Below, piece after piece: positions 1 through 11,785 of a stretch of DNA of 64,000 nucleotides. Source of the stretch: Macrostomum lignano (taxonomy: Eukaryota); contig NIVC01000507.1 of NCBI GenBank assembly GCA_002269645.1, forward strand, positions 372,001 to 436,000. The letters are read 5' to 3'. The translations under genes and the position numbers were made by a program. The notes under the pieces were generated by a model. The model was not told where the DNA came from. It saw only the letters and a program-made list of their open reading frames with translations, and did no database searches. The stretch's first letter is position 1, and each line of letters starts with the position of its first letter.

Positions 1-1890
1 GCTCCTCCGTGCCCGACTCTTCTCTGACTCCGTCGATGGGGGTCGTGGCGAGCAGCCCACCTATAATTCTGGTTGCCCTCCGCTGCGTCACCTCTAGCTT
101 GCGCCAGCACGCTCTGCTGATCCATGGCATCCAGGCCGTGGCCCCATACATGATTTTACTCTCGATGAGGGCCACGTACGTCTGCCTGAGGAGCCCGCTT
201 CTCCATCCCCAGTCGCTACCGGCCAGTCGTCTCATCATCTGGATTCTGCTTTTACAAGCTTGAGCCACCTCTTGCACGTGCTTAGCAAAGTTCAGCCTCC
301 TGTCGTAGGTCACTCCTAGGAACCTGGGGTGAGGTACCCACTCCATATCTTCTCCGTTGATTCTTATGTTGATCCGCTTCGGCTCCTTGCACTTGCTACT
401 CAACCCGAACAAGGTGAGCGTGCACTTCTTGGCCGCTATCGGCAATCTCCATTGCGTACTCCACTCCTGCACCACCTCGACCGCCTGCTTGATGCTGCTG
501 GCCGCTACCTCCTCGTCTTTGCTACACGACCAGCACGCTAGGTCATCCGCGAATCCGCTCACCTCCATGTTCGGCATTCCCTCAATCCTCCGCAGCAGAT
601 CGTTAATAAAGATGATAAACAGGATCGGCGACAGCACCGATCCCTGCGGCAGTCCCTGCCTCATAACCACGCCAGCGCTGTCTCTATCTTGGTACCTCAC
701 TCTGGCCATTCGGTTCACTAGCCAACTTCTAACCCACTTCACCAACTTCCTGCTCAGTCAAAGTTCCAGCATCTTCCAAAGCAGCCCATGCCTCCAGACT
801 TTATCAAAGGCCCTCTCGAAGTCAAAGAGGGCCAGCACTCCTTTCTCCCCCTTCTGGAAAGCGTCTTCCATCGCTTGCGTCAGCCTCAGTAGCTGGTCCT
901 CGGTGGATCTGCCAGCTCTGAAACCGGCTTGGCTGTCGCTTAGCAGTGCCTTGTCTTCCAGATGGTATTGTATTCTCTTCGACAGGATTCTCTCCATCCA
1001 CTTCCCGAGGCAAGATGTCAGGCTGACCGGTCTGTACGACCCGACCAGCGCAGCGTCTTTGCCGGGCTTGAGCAGCGGTATAATCCTAGCCCGCCTCCAG
1101 TTCTGTGGGACCTGCGCTTCGTCGTACGACTGGTTGAACAACACCTGGATCGCCTCAATCATACATCCTGGTAGCGCCCTCAGCAGCTTGGGGTGGATAT
1201 TATCTTCCCCAGCCGCCTTGGATCCATCCAGCTCCTCCAACGCGTTGTAGACCTCTTCTACTGAAATCTCTTGCGCGTCTCTTCCATCCGGACCAGCCTC
1301 CGCCAGCCGCCTCGTCACCGCCCTTCTGGCCCATCTGAATCCCACCGGCGTTTTGATGTTGCTGACTCTCTTGTACTCCCTCGCGAACGCTCCAGCTTTG
1401 GCCGTACTGCTCTTATACTCCTTGCCCTCATGTAGCAGCACCCGGCTGTCCTCATTACTCTTCCTGCCCTTCAGCCTGTTTAGAACAGTCCACATCTTAG
1501 CAGCCGTGCCGTTCTTCTCCAGCAGGTGGTTCCATTCTTCTCTCTTTTTCTTGCTGATCAACTCTCTCACCTCCTCATCCCGCCTCTGCCTCTCCTCATC
1601 ATCCGCGCCTTCCCAGGCCTCGTCCCTTTCTTTCAACATTTGCACTACCTCTTCGTCCATCAGGTTCCGGTTTCTGGAGGCTATCGTCTTCGTTCCCACC
1701 GTCTGCCTCGCTGCCCTCGTGATTATGCTCCTCATCGCTTCCTCGACACTCCTGGTACTGCTGCAATCCACAGCCTCCTTCTCACAGCTCTCCTCGATTC
1801 GCTGCTTGTAACCTTGCCAGTCGGCCTTTTTCCAATTCCACCGCACCAGCTTCTTCACACGGCACTCCTGCTCTAATCTTCCGCTCGTAT
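1..1890 (-). mobile_element. Non-LTR retrotransposon (I/Ingi-like group) ORF2 reverse transcriptase, 5'-truncated, one in-frame stop; runs off the window start
   Basis: ORF 758-1858 has RWNWKKADW, KAAGEDNI, PLLKPGK, YRPVSLTS, QAGFR and DFERAFDKV. Reading through the TGA at 758-760 in the same frame gives GLPQGSVLSPILF, FADD, FLGVTYD and LAGSDWGW. Confidence 0.92.
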
Positions 1891-2744
1891 AGAGGTAGGT
1901 GAATTACGTCAACAATAATGATGCTTTTATTACAGTGTAAATCCATTTCATGTATAAGACATCGGTTTTAGTGTATACTTTTGGTACTCTTTCAACTTTT
2001 ATTTATTCGTGGAAGTTTTCACTAAGGTTTTCGCTAATCTGCTAAAGTCCACTAATTTTCAAGCATATTTCTGTCTTTAGGCATTCCGTCTTATAGCTAT
2101 AAAAGGGCCATTTTCAATTTTCAAGAGCCAGGTGTCTTAAAAGACCACGTCGATCAGTTTTTATACTTCTCTCTCTTTCTTGGTCTAGTTCTCCTTCTAT
2201 CCTCTCCCTTTGTCTTCTTTCATTTCTTTTCCCCTTTACCTCTTTGTAGCCATGGGGCACCAATGGTGTTATTGGTCCTTGACCACTCCCATAGTGAGTT
2301 GCATATGATATTAGTAATAATAGTAGTAGTGTAGCATAATAACAATAATTCAAATCCATAGCAGCTAAAAAACAACCACAGGGGCATGAGGAATGGGGAG
2401 CTTTTAGGTCGGGGAGATTATTCATAGGGATTAATTTATGTTTCCTCAAGAAGACGACGCCACACTTGATACCCCATGCCTCTATTTAATGCGTAGCTCC
2501 ACCCCCTCCCTCAAATTTTTGGCGCCCCTGTTTCTATAATTTTATCACTCCGCCATGGTAACTACATGCAAGTGTACTTTACCGCCAATTAACACCGAAT
2601 GCACTTTAAGCAAAAATATATTTAGGATAAATAATGAACTGGCACTTCGCGAGAGTCTGTTTGTGTGTACCTTCGTGTACTCTGAGTTTTTGTGTACTTT
2701 GCATTCTAGAAGGAGCCTTAGTGCCAAGTAGTTCTGAGCAACAC

Positions 2745-2935
2745 TCGTAACATTTTGTGTCCTTGAGCAAGACACTTAACTCTGCATTGTCTTCAGTTCA
2801 CCCAACTGTAAAATGGGTGCCAGCATTAGCTGGGGTAATTGAGGGTGTGTGTGGCGACCCCCATCCCATCTGCTGTCGGTTGCACATCTTGTCCATAGGG
2901 TAGCTGTAACGAAAAACTTGGTATGTGTACAGTGT
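2745..2935 (+). mobile_element. CORE-like SINE fragment
   Basis: gtgtccttgagcaagacacttaac...ctgtaaaatggg resembles the CORE segment of MIR-type SINEs; tRNA head not visible. Confidence 0.5.
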
Positions 2936-3039
2936 GTATTAAATTTAAAAGCTAAGCCCAACCCTTTGCTCAGACGACTTGATCACGTGATGCACCATTA
3001 CTATCTCACTCTTCACGTAGCAACTTCGCCAACACACAG

Positions 3040-3356
3040 AAATCGCTGCGAGTCTGAAGAAAACAAAGCCAAAGATCGAATACAAAGGCTGCTACCCGTC
3101 CGAGCAAATGGAAACGGTTCACAGTCCGCGCAAGAAGGCCATGGTTCGGCTTCAATCGAAGGACTGCAACGAAGAGTGCAAGAGGACACACAAACCGAAC
3201 GGTGGTTTCATTGGCCTCGGACGCGGCCACTGCTGGTGCGGCTACAAAGGCATCGGCGATCTGGCGGCCAATTATAATTGCGATGTGGACTGTCCGGGCA
3301 ATGTCCGAGAAGCCTGCGGCAGCACCAACTTCGTGTCCGTGTACACCATGATCTGA
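3040..3356 (+). CDS. WSC-domain protein, terminal exon (paralog 1)
   Basis: Frame reads IEYKGCY...DCNEEC...FIGLGRGHCWCG...CDVDCPGNVREACG...SVY*, a WSC cysteine pattern. Phase-1 acceptor at 3039. A candidate hydrophobic first exon lies at 2634-2727 but has a weak donor. Confidence 0.75.
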
Positions 3357-3667
3357 GATTGGAGCAACTGTGCTTATTGGGCTGGATTTATATTTGCACT
3401 TTTTAGTTTACAGACAATTTAGGCTTGTTAGTTAGAGCAACTCAGATACTCCAGAAAAGCTTGTCAAACAAGAGATTTAATATGCGACATGCACATGTGA
3501 ATGTTATTGTATTAATTTCCTGAACCAGAATATTCTTGCGCCAGCTTTTAATTTGAGTTTTTGCTTGACATTACATTAAGCATCATTGCTAATAACAGCT
3601 TATGTGTTATTCAAATTATTTTGAGAATTTTTTTGAAAAATTATTGCTCAAGATATACAGTGCCACT

Positions 3668-4082
3668 TGTGTTTATTCTGCGTTGAGGTTGATGTGGAGT
3701 GTGTTTATTCTGTGATGAGGTTGTGATGGATGTGTTTATTCTGTGATGAGGTTGTAATGGATGTGTTTATTCTGTGTTGAGGTTGATGTGGAGTGTGTTT
3801 ATTCTGTGATGAGGTTGTGATGGATGTGTTTATTCTGTGATGAGGTTGTGATGGATGTGTTTATTCTGTGATGAGGTTGTGATAGATGTGTTTATTCTGT
3901 GATGAGGTTGTGATGGATGTGTTTATTCTGTGATGAGGTTGTAATGGATGTGTTTATTCTGCGTTGAGGTTGATGTGGAGTGTGTTTATTCTGTGATGAG
4001 GTTGTGATGGATGTGTTTATTCTGTGTTGAGGTTGTGATGGATGTGTTTATTCTGTGATGAGGTTGTGATGGATGTGTTTTA
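3668..4082. repeat. Minisatellite, ~31-bp unit gtgtttattctgtgatgaggttgtgatggat
   Basis: About 13 near-identical tandem units. Confidence 0.95.
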
Positions 4083-4627
4083 AGGCCTGCTACGTGGGCC
4101 TCAGTGTAAAGTTGTGTTATCCCCATCCTCATGCAGCCTCCTCTCCACCGCCGCACCCCCTCCACCGCAGAATTGCTCAAACAGCTCAAAATTGTAACAC
4201 AATACTTTTAATGACATTTAAAGGCAATCTTTAGTCAACCAATCATTTTAGACATAGAAAAACCCTGTTGAATTTTACTTCTTAGATATTTCTGAATTTG
4301 ACTGTCTACTTTCAGTAGCAGATTGGCAGTTTGGTGCAGCTCTTGGATCGACGGATAGATCTCTAGAACCTGTTGAAGATACTCAAGCAAAAAGTCTGAA
4401 TCTGAGTTTCGGCTACTTGTACTTTTATTTTATTATGCTGCCTGCACTCAGACTCAGAGGAAGGGTCAGAGACTATAAAGCGAGCATGCACTGTACATGC
4501 AGGGACGAACTGCAGCGTCTATGGCAAAACACTTCTGCTGCATAAAAAGACGCGAGGCTCGACTTTTGACAAACCAAACTCATTCAAGACTTAAAGAAGT
4601 TTGGTAATAGAAAATAAATCCTGCATC

Positions 4628-5361
4628 ATGCTGTGCTCAGCACTGACTCTGATCATCCTTGTGACTGCTCAGGAATTCTACGAAGCCAAAGGTGAGAGAT
4701 TTGTGTTGTCCCAAGCTGACCTGTGATTATGTGCTATTACTGAGCAGTCTGCCACATTATACAGACTATTCACTGTTTAAAAACGAGCATTGAACAAGCT
4801 TTCGTTTTCACAAAATATGAAAGACTTTCGAGTTAATGCAAAAATTTTCGGCAATCTGAAATATCAAGCTTATGAAAATTCGAGCTAATGAAATATTGAG
4901 ATTTTGAAACGCCATCAAAACCTGTGGATTTCAGGTGCATCGATCGATATGCAGCCCATGATTCCTGGTAAGTCTTGCTGGTTCTGCTTCATCATTCACA
5001 TTCTTTGCTTAACTTTCTTCCTGTTTTTTTTATTCAAGCGCCTTCGAAGGGATGCTACCTTCATTTTTATCATTCTTCTGCTTTTCGCAAAGCTGCGAAA
5101 TATGCAACTGACGAAGGATACATGAGCCAACGAGTTTGCGCCACTCGCTGTTTGATGGACTCAAGAAGATGGAAATTCTTTGGCCTGCATGGTGATAGAT
5201 GGTGCTACTGTGGAGATGCAATCTACTCGGGTTCTATTACTAATTCGCTATGCGACAGTCGATGTATCAATAATGTGATTGAAAGGTGCGGCGGAAAGTT
5301 CGGAATGGAAATATTCGATCTGGTGCCGGTTCCGAAGAACAACTCTGGCGAAACTGCCTGA
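4628..5361 (+). CDS. Small secreted single-WSC-domain protein (paralog 2), ~140 aa
   Basis: Exons 4628-4691 (MLCSALTLIILVTAQ signal peptide), 4935-4967 and 5039-5361; GT-AG, phase 1/1. KGCY...CATRC...FFGLHGDRWCYCG...CDSRC...ERCGG. Confidence 0.85.
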
Positions 5362-5714
5362 CTGATGAAAAGCTGCTGCATTGAATGCTTGAACAGAAAC
5401 TGTCGTTAAAAATATGTTTTTATATGCAAAATAAAAACCAACACAACGTTTCAAACAACTGCTAAGGACTTTTTATTTGAACACGAACTAGCTAACTGGT
5501 AAAAGATTAAGTTCCAGAGCTGTGACTTGAGTGACTTGTAGAGTGTTCTACCTCCCGTTAAAAAGGTAAAAAGAAGCTAATCATAGAATGCTACTATAAG
5601 TAAGTAAGTACACGCATGTGCACCAAAATTTTGAATGAATCACGCTACCAGGAAAAGATGTTACCAGAAAAATACGCCATGAGCCATTTTCCCCTTTTAG
5701 CGCAACACGTGAAT

Positions 5715-6433
5715 TGTAATGATACTATTTTGGACCGAAAATTCGCCTATAAATACAAGCGGTCCGAAGCGGACCAGGAGCCAACTCCCGACGAGAGGAG
5801 AAGCTCCGAAGAGGAAGCCTTAGGAGGACTTCCTGATCACCAAGTCAATCGAGACTCGGTCGAATTGTTGCGGTAAGCCTTCGTTATTTGCGCCCGTTGT
5901 GTTAGAGACGTCTCGCTCAAGTCTATTGAGACTTGAGTTTATTTGAGTCTGTTGAGACTCTTGAGTCTGTTTGGACTCCATTGGTTGCAGTCTCCAGAAG
6001 GACTGCCCCTGATAGATCTTAGGAGACTATCAGTGGTTTCCGGAGCCATACCTAGAGTGCATAGAGGCACTGATAGAAGGAGGCTTAATTCAAACCGCAG
6101 TTTGGAGCAGGGATCCCATTGTTAATTTGGAAGCTTCCCATTGGTCCGAGCAACAGAATCCGGCCGGAACTATTTGAAGAAGAAAAGAAGACTCGGACCC
6201 GACCTACGAACGACAGTCAGAAGTGACTACAGACGAGATCTACACGAGATCAACATTGAAGAGATATCTCATAAGGACTCAAGGTAATTGAATACCTTCT
6301 GTTGACTTACTGGGTTGCCTAGCTACTGAGCTAGAAGTGATTGTTCCTTGATTACAGTTGAGGACTGGTAATAAGGAACACATCAGACTTTGACTGCTAG
6401 CTCGTACAAGACTAAACAGAGCGAGTTAAACCA
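5715..6433 (+). mobile_element. Solo LTR (719 bp), TG...CA termini, 6-bp TSD GTGAAT
   Basis: GTGAAT at 5709-5714 and 6434-6439 flanks TGTAAT...AAACCA; internal TATAAATA near 5748; no coding capacity. Confidence 0.65.
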
Positions 6434-7384
6434 GTGAATTTATAATCGTAATAATTAATTAGTTGGTGCTAAATTTGCAATGCTTTTCTACACGTCAGCT
6501 GATTAAAATATCCCTAGACTGGTGGATAAAGTAACATTTTACCTGTTGGATAGGGACACTCACCTTGTGGAGAGAGTAGCATTTTACCTGTTGGTACCTG
6601 TTGGTTTTTTACCTGAGTTTAACGGAAGACTACAGGCAGCTGATTGACGGCCGAGTCGGACTTGTGTCAGTGGCGACGCGAACCCCCGCAGCTGTACCGC
6701 CGCCACCTGAACGCTCCGCGCAATCTGAAGGTCACTTTGAGCCGCTGCTGTCTTCTGACATGAACCATTCGGCTACTGACCCAAGGACCACTAGCTAGAG
6801 GTTGCACTTAGAAAGATAATTTTTCGACAGGTTGTTCAAAATTTTGTTCTCTTTAACATGATGCAAAGTTTGGCGCTAAATGTAGATGTAGAAGCGGCGG
6901 GCGTACAGTAAACTAATGGCAGTACACAATATTTCATTGCATTCAAAGTGAATAAAGTTTCCGTTTTATATTTCAACCATTGCCTCCTAGTCTCAATAAA
7001 GTAGCGGACCATGCGCCGTATCCTGCTGTTTGGACTTTATAAAACAGATAATCTGTGCAGAGTTGAGTAGGCTGCAAAAAAGGCGTTATTCACTTCACTA
7101 TCAAAAATCAGTAATATCAAAATCATTAAGGCGCAGTATTAAATCTTGGCACACCAGCCTATTATATGGAGCTTTTTCTGAGGCTCAAATGTAGTGCAGG
7201 CTTCTTTAAATCAGTCAAGTACGAGCTAGAATGCTTTTTTAAAGGCACGTAAAATACACGTAAATGCACGCAAACAAGCGGGAATTCAAATAATTTTAAA
7301 ATATTTACGAGTGTTGCGTCCTGATACAATGGTAACTTCTATTGGTCCTTGTACTGATCCTGCCAAGCAGGTGGACAAGAGGTA

Positions 7385-8560
7385 AACTGATTTCCGAATA
7401 GCTCCGCATTGGTCGCTTAAAACCCGCTAGCGGACGCGTACGTCTTGGTGGATGCTATCGGTGCGATCCCCAAGTCTGACGGCAGCGTTCGAATCATTCA
7501 CGATCTTTCGAGTCCTTCCGCGGCTTTGGGGGTCAACGACAGCTATGAGCAGTCTCATAACGGAGTCTGGGATTCACTTCCGTGCACGATCTGCTGCGTC
7601 TCATCCGACCTGGCTCGGTTATCGGCAAGGTTGACCTACCGCTCTGTCGGCATCCTCCCGGCTGGCCGGGAAGCTATGCTGTGCTGGCCATTGCTGGCAT
7701 CGTGAGCGGAGGACCAGCTTCAGTGACTGGGTATAATTCAGCTGAGAGAACGACTTCGAGTCAACAGAGTTCAGAAACCTCCACATCAACTACAATGAGA
7801 CCCTGGCTTCGCTTTTCATCATCGCTCTACTCCCAGTCGGAATGGAGTTATTCAAATCAACTAGACTAAGGCCCTCCTGTGCTCGATTCCGGGATCCAGC
7901 TGCAGGCCTTTGACCTTCGATCCCGGTCTTCTCTGCTTCTCGGATGCTCGCAGTTCAAAGCGCGAGCTCGTGAACTTTTTGCTCTCTGTGTGTGTCTGTC
8001 CTACTGTGTTTGTCTCTACAGATTGCGACCGCGCGCACCCAGCGACTGTGACCCCGGAGTGAGTTCTGTTAACAGCAGCGAGTTCTCTTCACGCTGCTGT
8101 TGGACTCCTAATACTCACAGAGCTCACCAAAGACAACGCCTGACTGGCTTTCGTCTGCCGCGGAGCCCGATGCCATCTAAGCTGGCAGCCGCATCATCTC
8201 CGCCTGCTCTGCAGCAGCTCTTTGGTCGCCTGGTGGGGGTGTACGTCTGGGCGAGCCGCTTCCATCTACCGCTGGGGGTGTCGCTTCGGTGCACTGTCTA
8301 CCTGCCCTGGAGGCCTTCAACGTGACTATTAGGAGAGTCCGAGACCAAACAGTTCAAGGAGCGCCAACCCGATCGCCACTCATCTTCGCGAGAACCAGGT
8401 TGTCGAGCCGCATCAGTCTCTTATGCTCTCTGTCCTGGGGGGGGGGGGCTTGCAGCCCCTTGGCTGTCTCTACATTGATCCGTTTGTTTAAGCGGGGCCT
8501 ATCGAAATGCAGCATCCCTGTGGGCAGCTTTCTAAGGTCCCTGTTTTTTCTTTTTTCGGG
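7385..8560 (+). mobile_element. Degenerate DIRS/Ngaro-like retrotransposon remnant
   Basis: Frameshifted RT pieces IGAIPKSDGSVRIIHDLSSP...GVND, DLLRLIRPGSVIGKVDL and YRSVGILP; weaker RNase H-like ARELFAL downstream. Confidence 0.6.
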
Positions 8561-8579
8561 GTTAGCTTTGCTTGATACT

Positions 8580-9010
8580 TAACAACAACAACATACGCGG
8601 CCCTGCAAGCAAAAGGTCACAGTTAGAGCAGGGCGCGTCAGATGGCTCGCCGCAGAGCCTGGGAGCGAACGAAGTCCGCTCCGTTGGCAGTGTCGGGCGC
8701 CCCAGCGTCGCACAGCAGGCAGTCCACGTATCGACGGGTTCGTGCTTGACCCCGCCTGAACGGATCCTGCAAGGTGAGCAGCAGGACGTCCTGAACAGGT
8801 TGGGGGCAGTAGCCCTCGGCCCGGATCACGTGGCCCGCCAGTTGAAGTCGCCGCCGGCGCAGGATGATGGACGGGCACTGCAGCTTGGCCCGATCGTACA
8901 GGGCCTCGGTCCCGACGCTCTCGTCAGCTCGAAAGGCCGCACGGAGCAGCCCTGAGTGCGCCGAGTCCAGCTGCCGCTCCAGCGTAGCCGTCAGCGCCCA
9001 CGTCTCTGCG
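8580..9010 (-). mobile_element. RTE-clade LINE, 5'-truncated 3' end with (TTG)n tail
   Basis: Minus strand reads AETWALTATLERQLD...ALYDRAK...RRRRLQLAGHVIR...RYVDCL...*, an RTE C-terminus, followed by a tgttgttgttgtt tail. Confidence 0.8.
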
Positions 9011-9044
9011 TTGTTAATGCTTAATAATAATTAATAACCGATTA

Positions 9045-9172
9045 CACCTGCCGCGATGGCCAGATGTGCAACCGACAGCTCAGCCGCAGCTGTTCAGTCC
9101 AAGGACTGGGGATCGGGAATCGAACCCCTGATCTTTTAGTCGTGAGTCCGACGCTCTAATCACTAGGCTATA
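9045..9172 (-). mobile_element. tRNA-derived SINE (Pol III head)
   Basis: Minus strand tagcctagtgatt (A box) ... ggttcgattcc (B box), then non-tRNA sequence. Confidence 0.65.
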
Positions 9173-9461
9173 ACTTTAGTAGCATTCCTTGTTGTAGTGT
9201 TAATATTATAATTGACAATTGAAATAATTTGTAAATAACAACAATTTTAGTTTTTTAAAAGCTCTGTGGTATATTGTATATGAAATTTAAGAAGCGTATA
9301 TTAAATGTTTAATAATTATATTGTCAACTATAAATATTAGCGAAGTGCTTGCATATAATTGCTCATAACAATGTGCTTGGAAAAATTATTAATTAAATGT
9401 TTTACTTAATAATTACCCCGTGTGTTAGTTTAAATTAGTAACTAGCATGTCATGCTACTTC

Positions 9462-11081
9462 TTAGTAGTAGGTGGTCTCGCGCTCCCTCGTGTAAACGGA
9501 TCCGTCAGGGGTTCGGTAGCGCTCCGTGACTGTCGTGATCTTCTTGCCGCCCTCCGTTCTGGTGCTGCTGTTGGAGCCAATCAGAGTGTCGCTCGGGTTC
9601 TTCGGACCAATCGGGTTTGACTTGCCAGCGGCGGCAGCGGCGGGGGTGGCGGGGGCCGGCTGACGCTGAGTGGCTTCTTGTGAGGGAGGCGGATTGGGGT
9701 ATATTGGGGGTAGGAATTTATTCTCCTAGCTTAATACGCATATAGTTTCCTGAATTACTGCTTCAATTCTAAATTCTCCTGGGTCTGATTCTTTGTTTAA
9801 ATCTCGGTTTTGGAAATTCCCTTGCACTGGCTCATCCTTCCCTCCTACAGATTTCTAAATTCTCATTCAACCCAACGGGTTCCTAAATTCCCCTCCCAGA
9901 TTCCTTATTCTCCTTAAGAGTTTCTGAATTCCCCTTCCAGATTTCCTATTCTCTTTAAGATTTTCTGAATTCCCCTCCGAGATTCCCGTCTACGTCCACT
10001 CACTTCCACCAGGCTGCTGCTGCATGCTCTCCGGGACTCGGACTTTGCCGTCCTTAGGTGGCCGCACGTTGGCTAAAAACTGGTCGATGTAATTCCCACC
10101 TGGGCTGTACCTGCCCACCACATACACCCGACCGGAGCTCGAAACCGCCCGGCCGAAACCGACCTTCTCCGAGGCCTTCCAGACAACCTGGGTGAAGTGG
10201 CCTGCGAATGTGAATAATGAGCATATCTGAGTGAGAGGTGCGAATTGCTGCTACTAATTACAGGTTCAAATTGCCGGTAGTAATTATCTGAGAGAGATAT
10301 GCGAATTGTCGGTACTAATTATTTCAGTGAGAGGTGCGAATTGCCGGTACTAATTACAGGTGCAAATCGTCGGTACTAATTATTTCAGTGAGAGGTGCAA
10401 ATTGCCGGTACTAATTATCTCAATGAGAGGTGCGAATTGTTGCTACTAATTACAGGTGCAAATCGTCGGTACTAATTATTTCAGTGAGAGGTGCGAATTG
10501 CCGGTACTAATTATCTTAATGCGAGGTGTGTATTATTGGTACTAATTATCATAGGTGCAAATTATAGATGCAACTAGTCGGTGCTAATTGCTTCACCTGA
10601 GAGGTGAAAACATTTTTAATGTCTTTCTAAACGATGCAATAAAAAGTATTAAAAACGCAATTAACCTTACCGCAATTAACCTGATTCTCGGCGTTGAAAT
10701 CGTAGTCGGCAATCTCCGAGTACCAGTAGTCGGTAAAATCACCGCCTAAAATTTTGAAATTATTTTTTCAACTATCGACGATTTTTAAAGTACTATCCTT
10801 TTATTTCTACTATAAGTAAAGTTTATTACTTAGTTAATAAATTATGGTTGCTCACCTGGAAAATCGGTCCTCTCAGAGCTGTACTTCATGGCCACATTTT
10901 CGCCAATGTGATCGTCCTGACACCTGGAGTCGTGCTCCAGCTTGTCCTTCTTAGCGATTGTCTCCGCCCATTTCTGGGCCGCTTTGGCCAGGTCTTTGTC
11001 GTAGACTAGCGGGCCAACTTGGTGCAGGTCTCTGTAGCGATTGTGCGACTCCAGCATTTGTTTGGTGAACGTGTCAGTCAT
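9462..11081 (-). CDS. CAP/SCP superfamily protein, GAPR-1/GLIPR2-like, with a 70-aa C-terminal extension
   Basis: Exons 11081-10856, 10745-10671, 10201-10004 and 9676-9462, all phase 1, GT-AG. Motifs HNRYRDLH, GENVA, YWYSEI, GHFTQVVWK and VVGRYSPGGN. No signal peptide. Confidence 0.88.
10225..10610. repeat. Intronic minisatellite, composite ~35/60-bp units (gagaggtgcgaattgccggtactaatta...)
   Basis: Tandem imperfect units inside intron 2 of the CAP gene. Confidence 0.85.
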
Positions 11082-11239
11082 TTTGGTGGCTTTCCTGTTT
11101 TTGAAGCTGTGCGAGGCAAATTAGACGTACATGTAGTTTCTTTGATAATATGACGTGTAAAGGACTTCTTAATTTGGACTGTCTAGTGGTCTTCGGTTGA
11201 TATTGGAGTTGTTCTAGAATTGATTGCGTTTGCGAATAC

Positions 11240-11785
11240 CAGAGTTGGGGTTGTGAAGGGCCAAGTATTGGGGTTGTGAAAGGGCCTAAGATTGGGGTTG
11301 TGAAGGGCCAAGTATTGGGGTTGTGAAAGGGCCAAGTATTGGGTTTGTGAAGAGGCCTAAGATTGGGGTTGTGAAGGGCTAAGTATTGGGGTTGTGAAAG
11401 GTCCAAGTATTGGGGTTGTGAAGGGGCCTAAGATTGGGGTTGTGAAGGGCTAAGTATTGGGGTTGTGAAAGGTCCAAGTATTTGAGTTGTGAAGGGGCTT
11501 AAGATTGGGGTTGTGAAGGGGCCTAAGATTGGGGTTGTGAAAGGGCCAAGTATTGGCCCTAGTATTGGCCCTCACCTAAACTGGGTTGTGAAAGGGCCAA
11601 GTATTGGGGTTGTGAAAGGTCCAAGTATTGGGGTTGTGAAAGGTACAAGTATTGGGGTTGTGAAAGGTCCAAGTATTGGGGTTGTGAAAGGTCCAAGTAT
11701 GGGGTTGTGAAAGGTCCAAGTATTGGGGTTGTGAAAGGGCCAAGGATTGGGGTTGTGAAAGGGACAAAGATTGGAGTTGTGAATC
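11240..11785. repeat. Minisatellite, 24-bp unit gggccaagtattggggttgtgaaa
   Basis: About 22 tandem units; source of the spurious ORFs at 11074-11803. Confidence 0.95.

Noticed and set aside
758-760. Programmed readthrough or selenocysteine at the LINE TGA
   Set aside because: The copy is 5'-truncated; a simple nonsense substitution is more parsimonious.
357-1250. 297-aa plus-strand ORF
   Set aside because: Antisense shadow of the LINE reverse transcriptase.
9100-9172. Functional tRNA gene
   Set aside because: A and B boxes are present but I could not build an acceptor stem or cloverleaf; treated as a SINE head.
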